Below are positions 56,870 through 64,000 of a stretch of 64,000 nt of DNA, in pieces. Under the pieces are notes generated by a model. That model worked only from the letters and a program-made list of their open reading frames with translations. It did no database searches and had not been told where the DNA came from. Position 1 is the first letter of the stretch. Each line of letters opens with the position of its first letter. Location of the stretch: contig JAWLBL010000017.1 in NCBI GenBank assembly GCA_041687695.1, positions 64,001 to 128,000 on the forward strand. The letters run 5' to 3'. Origin of the DNA: Myxococcota bacterium (GTDB taxonomy: Bacteria > Myxococcota_A > UBA9042 > PHBI01 > JAWLBL01). The position numbers and the translations under genes are program-made.

Positions 56870-57739
56870 ATGGCCGGTCGACCGACGAAGAGGGACCGCA
56901 CCCGCTGGCTGGTGCGACGTGACGGCGCCGAGTACGGGCCGTATTCGACCGACCAGCTGCTCGAGGAGATCGCGCTCCGGCGGGTCGACCTGGGGACGCC
57001 GGTGTGTGACCTGGCGCGACGCGAGTGGAACCCGGCCGGCGAGCACGCCCCGTTTCGGGATCACTACGCCCAGTGCATCAAGCGCTGGGAGGTCGAGGCG
57101 CTCGAGGCCGACGTCGACAAGCACGAGCGCAAGCTCAAGGCGATGGACAACGTCAAGGGCGGCGCCTGGCGGCTGATGGTGGTCGGCCTGGTGCTGGCGA
57201 CGGCCCTGGGGAGCTGGATCGTCTGGCGGATCCTGAAGGCGGAGCCGACGGGGATCGCCGATGCCGTCGCCGTGCCGGAGCTGCCTGCGCTGCCCGACGC
57301 GCCCCAGCCGCGGATGACGGCGAGCGGGATCGAGGTCCTGGCGGCCGGGACCAAGGTCGCCGTGCTCAAGGAATACGAAAACTACGACACGGCGGGCGTC
57401 GGCTCGGAGGCGGGGGCCGCCGCGGCGGTGACGCGGTTCGACTTCGAGGGGGGCGAGGGCGGCGGGCTGGATCCGAGCACGCTCAAGCGCATTCTGGGCG
57501 AGGCCAAGGCGGGCCTGGTCGGCTGCGCCCAGCAGGCGGCCACGCGCTCGGCGTCGTTCAAGGGCACCAAGGTGACGTTCGTCGTCCGCTCGGGGCGCCT
57601 CGACAGCTTCACGGTGGGGCGCGAGGCGCTGTCGAACGCGCCGTTCAAGGCCTGCGTCAAGGGCGTGCTCAAGCGCGTCAAGGTGCCCAGGTTCGCGGGT
57701 TCGGACCACAAGGTCAGCTTCCCGCTGGTCGTGCAGTGA
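56870..57739 (+). CDS. GYF_2-like domain - TM - AgmX/TonB-C-like protein
   Basis: WLVRRDGAEYGPYS...W; TM helix; C-terminal C..Q...VTFVV..GR...CV...L....P.F...VSFPL. Confidence 0.65.
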   Translation: MAGRPTKRDRTRWLVRRDGAEYGPYSTDQLLEEIALRRVDLGTPVCDLARREWNPAGEHAPFRDHYAQCIKRWEVEALEADVDKHERKLKAMDNVKGGAWRLMVVGLVLATALGSWIVWRILKAEPTGIADAVAVPELPALPDAPQPRMTASGIEVLAAGTKVAVLKEYENYDTAGVGSEAGAAAAVTRFDFEGGEGGGLDPSTLKRILGEAKAGLVGCAQQAATRSASFKGTKVTFVVRSGRLDSFTVGREALSNAPFKACVKGVLKRVKVPRFAGSDHKVSFPLVVQ

Positions 57740-57765
57740 CCGCGTGAGGGGAGGGCGGGTGGGCT

Positions 57766-58374
57766 TCACGGCGCGACCCGTCCAGCGTGCGGACCGACGC
57801 AGCTGGCCCATCGATCGCCGGCCACGACGACGTGGTCGTGCAGCTGCACGCCGAGGAGGCGCGCTCGCTCGCTGAGGTCGGCCGTCAGCTGGCGGTCGAG
57901 GCGGCTGGGCGTCACGTCACCGCTGGGGTGGTTGTGGACGAGGAAGGCGCCGGCCGCCCCGTCGACGACCAGAGGCCGCAGCACGTCGGTGGCGTCGATG
58001 GCGCAGTAGGAGCGGCCACCACGGGCGACGACGTGGCGCGACAGTGGGCGGAGGCCGGCGTCGGCGGTCAGGAGCCAGAGCTCCTCGACCGGCGAGATGG
58101 ACAGGGGCGCTGCCAGCCGGGCGACCTGCGCGGGCGAGAGCACGCTGGGAGGTGGCTCGGCGGCCATGGCGAGGGTCGAGAGCGCGAAGGCCGCCTCGAT
58201 GCGCTTGGCTTCGTCCGCCGAGATCGAGCCAACCCGTTCCAGGCGCTCGGCCGAGGCGAGGCGGAGGCGGTGGGGGCCGCCGATGGCGGCGAGCAAGTTT
58301 GCGGCGCGCTGGGAGGCGTCGCGCGGCTCGAGGAGCCGCGTCAGCGGCTGCAGGATGGCGGTCGAGGCGTTCAT
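57766..58374 (-). CDS. radC: RadC-like JAB-domain protein
   Basis: EELWLL...LVHNHPSGDVTPSRLD...LLGVQLHDHVVV, preceded by an HhH region. Confidence 0.85.
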   Translation of the reverse strand: MNASTAILQPLTRLLEPRDASQRAANLLAAIGGPHRLRLASAERLERVGSISADEAKRIEAAFALSTLAMAAEPPPSVLSPAQVARLAAPLSISPVEELWLLTADAGLRPLSRHVVARGGRSYCAIDATDVLRPLVVDGAAGAFLVHNHPSGDVTPSRLDRQLTADLSERARLLGVQLHDHVVVAGDRWASCVGPHAGRVAP

Positions 58375-58468
58375 GCCAAGGGCGATAGCAGGAAGCATGC
58401 CATCCGCGCGGGCCGGACGGACGGTGCCTGGACCGCGCGCCGCAGAGGGGCTGGGGAGCGGCCGCTGG

Positions 58469-58533
58469 GGTGTCCCACGGTGTCCCATGGATGGGACGGT
58501 TGGGACGGTTTGATACACCCACGCATGGGACAG
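58469..58533. promoter_or_regulatory. Clustered GTCCCA/TGGGAC boxes (operator-like)
   Basis: GGTGTCCCA x2 followed by TGGGAC x3 in the divergent radC / TRAP intergenic region. Confidence 0.4.
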
Positions 58534-58683
58534 TCGGGCCGCGAGGCGAGGGGCTGGCGAGGCGTCACAGATGCGGGCCGCGACCGGCCCGGGTGCCGTT
58601 GACATGCGATGGGCCCGCATGGTAGTTCGAGCCTGCCTTTGAGTGAGAAGTGTCGGTAAGTAAACGGATTTTCGGAGGGCGGC

Positions 58684-59586
58684 ATGCGCTTGACGAGCCT
58701 GCTCGGGTGTGTGGCGGTGCTGGTGCTGGCGGTGGGTTGCGGCGGTAGCCGTCAGTCGGGGATCTGCGGGGACGATCCGGTCCCGACGATGCAGGGCGAC
58801 GCGAGCGCGTTCGCCGCCGATGGCGACGCCGCCTGGGAGCAGCGCGGTGACGAGGCGCAGCTGCGCAAGGCCATCGAGTCGTGGTCCAAGGCGCTGCAGG
58901 TCGACCCGTCGCGCGCGGACCTGCGCGTGAAGTTGGCCCGCGCCCACTACTTCCTGGCCGACGGCTACCTGAGGTTCGACGAGGCCAACGCCGAGGAGAT
59001 GCTGCGGCAGTTCCAGGCGGGCACGAACCAGGCCGAGCTGGCGCTGGGGCAGAAGTATCCCGCCTTCCGCGGCAAGTACTGCGGTCGGCAGCCCTTCAAC
59101 ACCGCGCTCCGCGAGCTCGACAAGGGCGCCGTGCCGGCCATGTACTGGTACGCGACGAACCTCGGCAAGTACGCGCTGGCCAAGAACATCATGGAGGTCC
59201 TCAACCAGAAGGACCGCATCGAGGCCATGATGCAGCAGGTCCTCAAGCTCGAGCCGGGCTACTTCCACAACGCCGCGGACCGCTACTTCGGCGCGTTCTA
59301 CACCAAGATCCCGTTCCCCAACGGCGATCTGGCTCGCAGCGCCAAGCACTTCGAGCGCTCCATCGAGGGCTCGCCGACCAGCCTGTCCACCAAGGTGCTC
59401 TACGCCGAGATGAACGCGGTCAAGGCCAAGGACCGCGCCTTGTTCGAGCGTCTGCTGAACGAGGTCATCGCCTTCGACCTGTCGACCGAGCCCGCGCTGA
59501 AGGCCGAGAACGCGGCCGAGCAGCGCAAGGCCAAGCTCCTCCTCGAGGAGATCGACGTCTTCTTCGCCGACGCCTCCGAGGAGTGA
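58684..59586 (+). CDS. TatT-like TPR lipoprotein of a TPR-associated TRAP transporter
   Basis: AVGC lipobox; helical repeats; MYWYA..LG, LEPGYFHNAA.R..G..Y; first gene before dctPQM. Confidence 0.8.
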   Translation: MRLTSLLGCVAVLVLAVGCGGSRQSGICGDDPVPTMQGDASAFAADGDAAWEQRGDEAQLRKAIESWSKALQVDPSRADLRVKLARAHYFLADGYLRFDEANAEEMLRQFQAGTNQAELALGQKYPAFRGKYCGRQPFNTALRELDKGAVPAMYWYATNLGKYALAKNIMEVLNQKDRIEAMMQQVLKLEPGYFHNAADRYFGAFYTKIPFPNGDLARSAKHFERSIEGSPTSLSTKVLYAEMNAVKAKDRALFERLLNEVIAFDLSTEPALKAENAAEQRKAKLLLEEIDVFFADASEE

Positions 59587-59674
59587 GTCGCGCGAGGTGA
59601 AGACCGGGGGGCCGGAGCGCGTCGCTGCTCCGGCGCCGACGTCCGCGCCCGACCCGAGAACAAGGAGCCGTGAG

Positions 59675-60688
59675 ATGACTCGATCTGGAACCTACCGCTG
59701 GTTGACCTCCGCCCTGCTGGCCGCGTCCCTCGTCTTCGGCGCAGGCGGCGCCGCCATGGCGCAGGAGGGCGAGTTCACGTTGCGCATCGGGACGGTCGCC
59801 CCGCAGGGGACGCCGTGGTCGGCGCTCCTGGCGAGCGTCAAGAAGCGCATCGAGAAGGAGTCGGGCGGCCGGATCAAGGTCAAGCTGTACCTGGGCGGTC
59901 AGCTCGGCAGCGAGAACAGCCTGGTGCGTCGCTGCCAGAGCGGCTCCGTCGGCGGCATCGCCGTGTCCAACGGCGCGCTCGGCTCGGCGGTGCCCGAGCT
60001 GTTCAGCACGGAGCTGCCCTTTCTGTTCTCGAGCTACGAGCAGGCCGACCGCGCCCTGGACGCGTCGACCCCGCTGGTCCGCGAGCTGATGGCCGACAAG
60101 GGCTTCGTCTTCTACATGTGGGGCGAGAACGGCTTTCGCCACTTCGGCTCCAAAGAGAAGTTCATGATGACGCCGGCGGATCTCCGCGGTCAGAAGATGC
60201 GCGCGCAGCCGGCGATGCCGCACGTCGAGATGTATCGCACGCTCGGCGCCAGCGCCTCGACCATCGCGGTCGGCGAGGTCACCAGCGCCCTGGCCAACAA
60301 CGTGGTCGTCGGCTTCGACAACACGCTGCTGTATGCGTTCGCGACCCAGTGGCACAAGGAGGTCAAGTACATGACCCTGTCGAGCCACATCTACCAGCCG
60401 GCGATCGTGACCTGGTGCAAGTCGTTCTACGACAGCCTGCCGGACGACCTGAAGAAGGTGATGGACGCCGTCCCCGAGGGCGAGACCAAGCGTGGCCGCT
60501 CGGCGGTGCGTGCCATGAACAAGCTGCTCGAGAAGAAGGTGGCCGAGGCCGGCGTCGAGGTGAAGGCGCTGTCGGACGCGCAGAAGGCCGCGTTCAAGGC
60601 CGCCACCGCGTCGGTGCACGGTAAGTTCAAGGCCGAGACGTCGGCCAAGGGTCGGCAGCTGCTGGAGCTGCTGCAGAAGCACCTGTAG
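59675..60688 (+). CDS. dctP: TRAP transporter substrate-binding protein
   Basis: IGTVAPQGTPW, ESGGRIKV.LY.GGQLG.E, ELPFLF, ENGFRHF, DLRG.KMR; AGGAG RBS before ATG 59675. Confidence 0.93.
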   Translation: MTRSGTYRWLTSALLAASLVFGAGGAAMAQEGEFTLRIGTVAPQGTPWSALLASVKKRIEKESGGRIKVKLYLGGQLGSENSLVRRCQSGSVGGIAVSNGALGSAVPELFSTELPFLFSSYEQADRALDASTPLVRELMADKGFVFYMWGENGFRHFGSKEKFMMTPADLRGQKMRAQPAMPHVEMYRTLGASASTIAVGEVTSALANNVVVGFDNTLLYAFATQWHKEVKYMTLSSHIYQPAIVTWCKSFYDSLPDDLKKVMDAVPEGETKRGRSAVRAMNKLLEKKVAEAGVEVKALSDAQKAAFKAATASVHGKFKAETSAKGRQLLELLQKHL

Positions 60689-60708
60689 GTCGGGAGCGCG
60701 AGCGCACC

Positions 60709-61692
60709 ATGTCGGATCCGAAGGGGAGCGAGGCCCCGAGCCTCGCCGAGCGACTCGACCGGCAGGTGCACGCGGTCGAGGGGGGGCTCGTCACGGGCGC
60801 GCTGCTCGTGATGGCCCTCACCTACTTCCTGACCATCGTCTACCGGGAGATGCGCGCCGAGACGAGCGCGTTCGATCGGTTGTTCCTCGACCTGTTCTTT
60901 GGGTTCGGGACCGTGCAGGAGGCCAAGGACGCTCCCGAGGTCCTCGCCCGGGTCAAGAACGTCGTCACGCCGCTCATCCTGGGCGCCTTCACGTTCGGCA
61001 TGGCCATCCTGGCGGTGCGCACGCGAGAGCGCGTGGACCTCGAGCCCGGCGCCGAGCCCCCGCCGGTGCGGTGGGGACGACGCCTCGGTCTGGCCGCCGT
61101 GTCCACGGCCGTCGCGTACGGGGCGCTCAAGGTCATCGAGGTGACCCCGGCACGGGTCCTCTGTTTGGTGGCGCTGTTGGCCATGCTGGGGCCGGCGGTC
61201 GTCATCACCTGGCGTCGCCGCGCGCTGGGCGGCCTCGCGGGGGCCGCGCTCGGCGGCGGACTCATGGCCTGGTTCTTCGCCACCAAGGTCGAGCAGGCCT
61301 ACCTGTGGAGCGCCGAGCTGTCGAGCGTGCTGCTCATGTACGTCGGGTTCATCGGCGCCTCGATGGCGACGCGCGAGCGCCGCCACATCCGCGTGGACTT
61401 CGTCCGCAAGAACGTGCCGCCGCGTTTTCTGAACCTCTACAACGCCCTGGGCGGGCTGGTGACGGTTCTGTTCATCGTCTTCCTGCTGGTCCTGGCGACG
61501 CAGTACCTGAGCAGCCAGATGGGCCACGGCTCGATGCTCCAGGCGACCGGCCTGCCCGAGTACGCGGTTTCGCTGCCCATCGCGCTGGCGCTGGTGCTCA
61601 TGGCCGTGCGGTTCGCCGGCCAGGCCCTCGCCGACCTGCGAGGCTTCTTGCGGGGTGAGGTCCCCGCCCCGACCGGGCCGGAGATCCACTGA
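60709..61692 (+). CDS. dctQ: TRAP transporter small permease (enlarged)
   Basis: WSAELS..L..YVGFIGAS.A.RE.RHIRVD; extra N-terminal TM helices. Confidence 0.85.
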   Translation: MSDPKGSEAPSLAERLDRQVHAVEGGLVTGALLVMALTYFLTIVYREMRAETSAFDRLFLDLFFGFGTVQEAKDAPEVLARVKNVVTPLILGAFTFGMAILAVRTRERVDLEPGAEPPPVRWGRRLGLAAVSTAVAYGALKVIEVTPARVLCLVALLAMLGPAVVITWRRRALGGLAGAALGGGLMAWFFATKVEQAYLWSAELSSVLLMYVGFIGASMATRERRHIRVDFVRKNVPPRFLNLYNALGGLVTVLFIVFLLVLATQYLSSQMGHGSMLQATGLPEYAVSLPIALALVLMAVRFAGQALADLRGFLRGEVPAPTGPEIH

Positions 61693-63434
61693 TGCTTTCG
61701 GGCCTGTCCCTCACCTCCGGGGCGATGCTGGCGGCGGCCGAGCCGATGGCGGGAGGGGGCGTCCTCATCGTCGCCGTCCTGCTCGGGCTCATCCTGCTCG
61801 GCGCGCCCCTGTTCGTCATCATCGGCGGCCTGACCGTCGCCTGCTTCGTCGCCTTCCCGGAGTTCGCCGCGGCCTTCGACTCGCTCGAGGGCTTCACGCG
61901 CAACTTCAACCTCATCGAGCGCATGGTCGAGCTGGCCGAGCAGCCGACCATGGTCGCCATCCCCTTCTTCATGATCGCCGGCGCCATCATGAGCCGCGGC
62001 GCCATCGCCCGGCGCCTGGTCGACTTCGCCAACGCCGTCTTCGGCTGGCTCCCGGGCGGCCTCGCCCTGAGCACCATCGCCGCCTGCATGTTCTTCGCCG
62101 CCATCAGCGGCTCCTCGCCCGTCACGGTCATCACCATCGGCGCCATCATGCTGCCGGCCATGGTCGCCGCCGGCTACAAGGAGAACCTCGGCGTCGGCCT
62201 CATCACCTCGGCCGGCACGCTCGGCATCATCATCCCGCCCTCCATCCCGATGATCATCTACGCCATCTTCGCGTCGAGCGCGGGGCAGTCGGTGAACATC
62301 GAGGACCTCTTCATCGCGGGCATCGGGCCGGGGATCCTCATCGGCCTGCTGCTCGCCGGCTACTGCATCCTCAAGGGCCGGGGCGTCGCGCGCGAGCGCT
62401 TCAGCGGGTCCAAGGTCGCCCAGACCTTCCTCGACGGCATCTGGTCGCTGTCGCTGCCGGGGTTCATCCTGGGCGGCATCTACCTCGGGCTGTTCAACGC
62501 GACCGAGGCCGCCGCCATCAGCGTCGTCCTGGCGCTCGTCATCGAGCTGCTCATCCACAAGAGCATCAAGCCGGACGAGCTGCCGAAGATCCTGACCGAG
62601 TCGGCCGTGCTGATGGGCTCCATCCTCATCATCATCTGCGTGGCCTTCGGCTTCAGCGAGTTCATGGCCATCAAGCAGATCCCCAGCCAGATCGTCGGCT
62701 GGCTGGCAGAGTGGGAGCTGACGCCCTTCACGTTCGTCCTGCTCCTGAACGTCCTGCTCCTGCTGGTCGGCTGCCTGATGGACATCATCAGCGCCATCAT
62801 CCTCTTCGTCCCCCTCATCGCGCCCATCGCCGGTCAGCTGGGCTTCGACCCCGTGCACGTCGGGCTCATCTTCATCGTGAACCTCGAGATCGGCTACCTG
62901 ACGCCGCCGCTCGGGCTGAACCTGTTCGTTACGACGAGCTACTTCAACAAGTCCTTCGGGATGGTCATCCGGTCGGTGGCGCCGTTCCTGCTCATCCTGG
63001 CCTCGAGCCTGATGATCGTCACCTACGTGCCCACCATCTCGCTGGGCCTCGGCAACCTGAAGGCCGACCGGGACTTCTGGGTGCCGTTCCCCGAGAGCCG
63101 CGTCCTGAAGCCGCTCGACGACGGGCCGGCCGAGGACGAGCTGCTCGACGACGACCTGCTGCTCGACCCGCTCGAGGCCCAGATCGACGACGACGGGGCG
63201 TCGCCGACGCCCAAGCAGGGGGAAGACACCATCCAGGACATGATGCAGGATCCCGAGTACCGCAAGCTCATGCAGGAGATGGCGGCCGACGGTGAGGGCG
63301 ACGAGGAGCCGGAGGCAGAGGTCGAGCCCGAGCCGGAGCCCGAGCCGGAGCCGGCGGGGGCCGAGACCATCCAGGACATGATGAAGGATCCCGAGTACCG
63401 CAAGCTCATGCGCGAGATGCAGCAGGCGGAGTAG
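61692..63434 (+). CDS. dctM: TRAP transporter large permease with an acidic, repeat-containing C-tail
   Basis: AIPFFMIAG, FFAAISGSS, GTLGIIIPPSIPMI, NLEIGYLTPPLGLNLF. Confidence 0.95.
   Translation: MLSGLSLTSGAMLAAAEPMAGGGVLIVAVLLGLILLGAPLFVIIGGLTVACFVAFPEFAAAFDSLEGFTRNFNLIERMVELAEQPTMVAIPFFMIAGAIMSRGAIARRLVDFANAVFGWLPGGLALSTIAACMFFAAISGSSPVTVITIGAIMLPAMVAAGYKENLGVGLITSAGTLGIIIPPSIPMIIYAIFASSAGQSVNIEDLFIAGIGPGILIGLLLAGYCILKGRGVARERFSGSKVAQTFLDGIWSLSLPGFILGGIYLGLFNATEAAAISVVLALVIELLIHKSIKPDELPKILTESAVLMGSILIIICVAFGFSEFMAIKQIPSQIVGWLAEWELTPFTFVLLLNVLLLLVGCLMDIISAIILFVPLIAPIAGQLGFDPVHVGLIFIVNLEIGYLTPPLGLNLFVTTSYFNKSFGMVIRSVAPFLLILASSLMIVTYVPTISLGLGNLKADRDFWVPFPESRVLKPLDDGPAEDELLDDDLLLDPLEAQIDDDGASPTPKQGEDTIQDMMQDPEYRKLMQEMAADGEGDEEPEAEVEPEPEPEPEPAGAETIQDMMKDPEYRKLMREMQQAE
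63225..63419 (+). repeat. Duplicated 19-codon motif in the DctM tail
   Basis: DTIQDMMQDPEYRKLMQEM (63225-63281) and ETIQDMMKDPEYRKLMREM (63363-63419). Confidence 0.9.
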
Positions 63435-63483
63435 GGACGGGGAGGGGGCGCGCGTCGCCGGCCCCCGACCAGCCTCGGCAGCC

Positions 63484-63522
63484 GTCCTCGGCGCGAGTCC
63501 TCAGCGCAAGTCCTCAGTGAAG
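63484..63522. repeat. 13-bp x3 degenerate tandem repeat spanning the stop of the last gene
   Basis: GTCCTCGGCGCGA-GTCCTCAGCGCAA-GTCCTCAGTGAAG. Confidence 0.65.
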
Positions 63523-63999
63523 GACGGGCGGCGTCTCGCCGGGGTCGTCAGCCGCGCGGAGGTCCCGCGCGGCGTCCTCATCGGGCTGGTCGAGGCGGGC
63601 CGGGCGTACGGCGAAGCCCAGGTCGGCCCAGAAGCGCAGGAAGAAGATGGCCTTTTCGAGGTAGTCGCGCGCGTCGAGCTCGTCGAGGCCGCGATAGCGG
63701 CCCTGTGCGAGCGCGGCGGCGAGATCGGTGGCGAGGGCGACCATCGCTGGCGGCGTCATGGCCTGCTGGGCGCGCAGCCACAGGTCCTCGTCGTCCAGGA
63801 CGACCTCGAGGGCGCCGGCCGAGAACTCGCATGGGTCCATGGGAAAGAGGCTGTAGGGCGAGGCGTAGGGGCAACGTTCGCAGTCGTGCTCGCGTCGCCG
63901 GGCGCTCAAGTAGTCTTCGAGCTCGAGGTCCAGGTCCGACTCGCCGTACTCGTCGATGAGGCGGCTCTCCCAGTCGGGGTCGTCCTCGAGGCGCGGCGC
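63514..63999 (-). CDS. Hypothetical protein, C-terminal part (start lies outside the window)
   Basis: Frame stays open to the window edge: APRLEDDPDWESRLIDEYG...HDCERCPY...FWADLGF. Confidence 0.7.
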   Translation of the reverse strand, partial: APRLEDDPDWESRLIDEYGESDLDLELEDYLSARRREHDCERCPYASPYSLFPMDPCEFSAGALEVVLDDEDLWLRAQQAMTPPAMVALATDLAAALAQGRYRGLDELDARDYLEKAIFFLRFWADLGFAVRPARLDQPDEDAARDLRAADDPGETPPVLH

Positions 64000-64000
64000 C

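Noticed and set aside
57766..58374. radC as marker of a mobile element
   Set aside because: It is the HhH+JAB chromosomal form among housekeeping genes, with no mobility genes nearby.

Overview
High-GC bacterial chromosome segment. Gene content (Ser/Thr kinase-PEGA, PP2C, GYF/AgmX-like and PhaR-like proteins) suggests a Myxococcota/deltaproteobacterial organism; this is inference. Left part (1-22 kb) is mostly housekeeping: lon (partial)-clpX-clpP-tig, five tRNAs, a partial complex I operon (nuoEFJKLMN), PP2C, uvrA and a membrane kinase. The centre (about 22-49 kb) is the accessory system. An ECF sigma / zinc anti-sigma / CHAT protease operon faces away from a ~22 kb phage-tail-like contractile injection system (eCIS/Afp-PVC type). 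The CIS encodes a cap, two sheaths, two tubes, a tail chaperone, a 1656-aa low-complexity protein, a LysM initiator, a hub, gp25, baseplate J, a gp7-like wedge and a fibre-like protein, followed by two FHA proteins. Unusual points: (1) a lambda-G/GT-style -1 frameshift cassette (GGGGGAA, 6-nt spacer, hairpin) in the chaperone gene; (2) no spike, PAAR or AAA+ gene, with a terminator, promoter and small Zn-ribbon gene at the spike position; (3) a PASTA domain fused to the baseplate wedge; (4) a membrane-spanning VWA-TM-FHA partner. Right part: beta-barrel protein, PhaR-like, YqeY, fur, lysC, lipoproteins, RadC-like and a TatT-associated TRAP transporter. Four convergent gene junctions carry tandem duplications of a gene's own 3' end. 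All family calls come from motif recognition by eye; no database searches were run.
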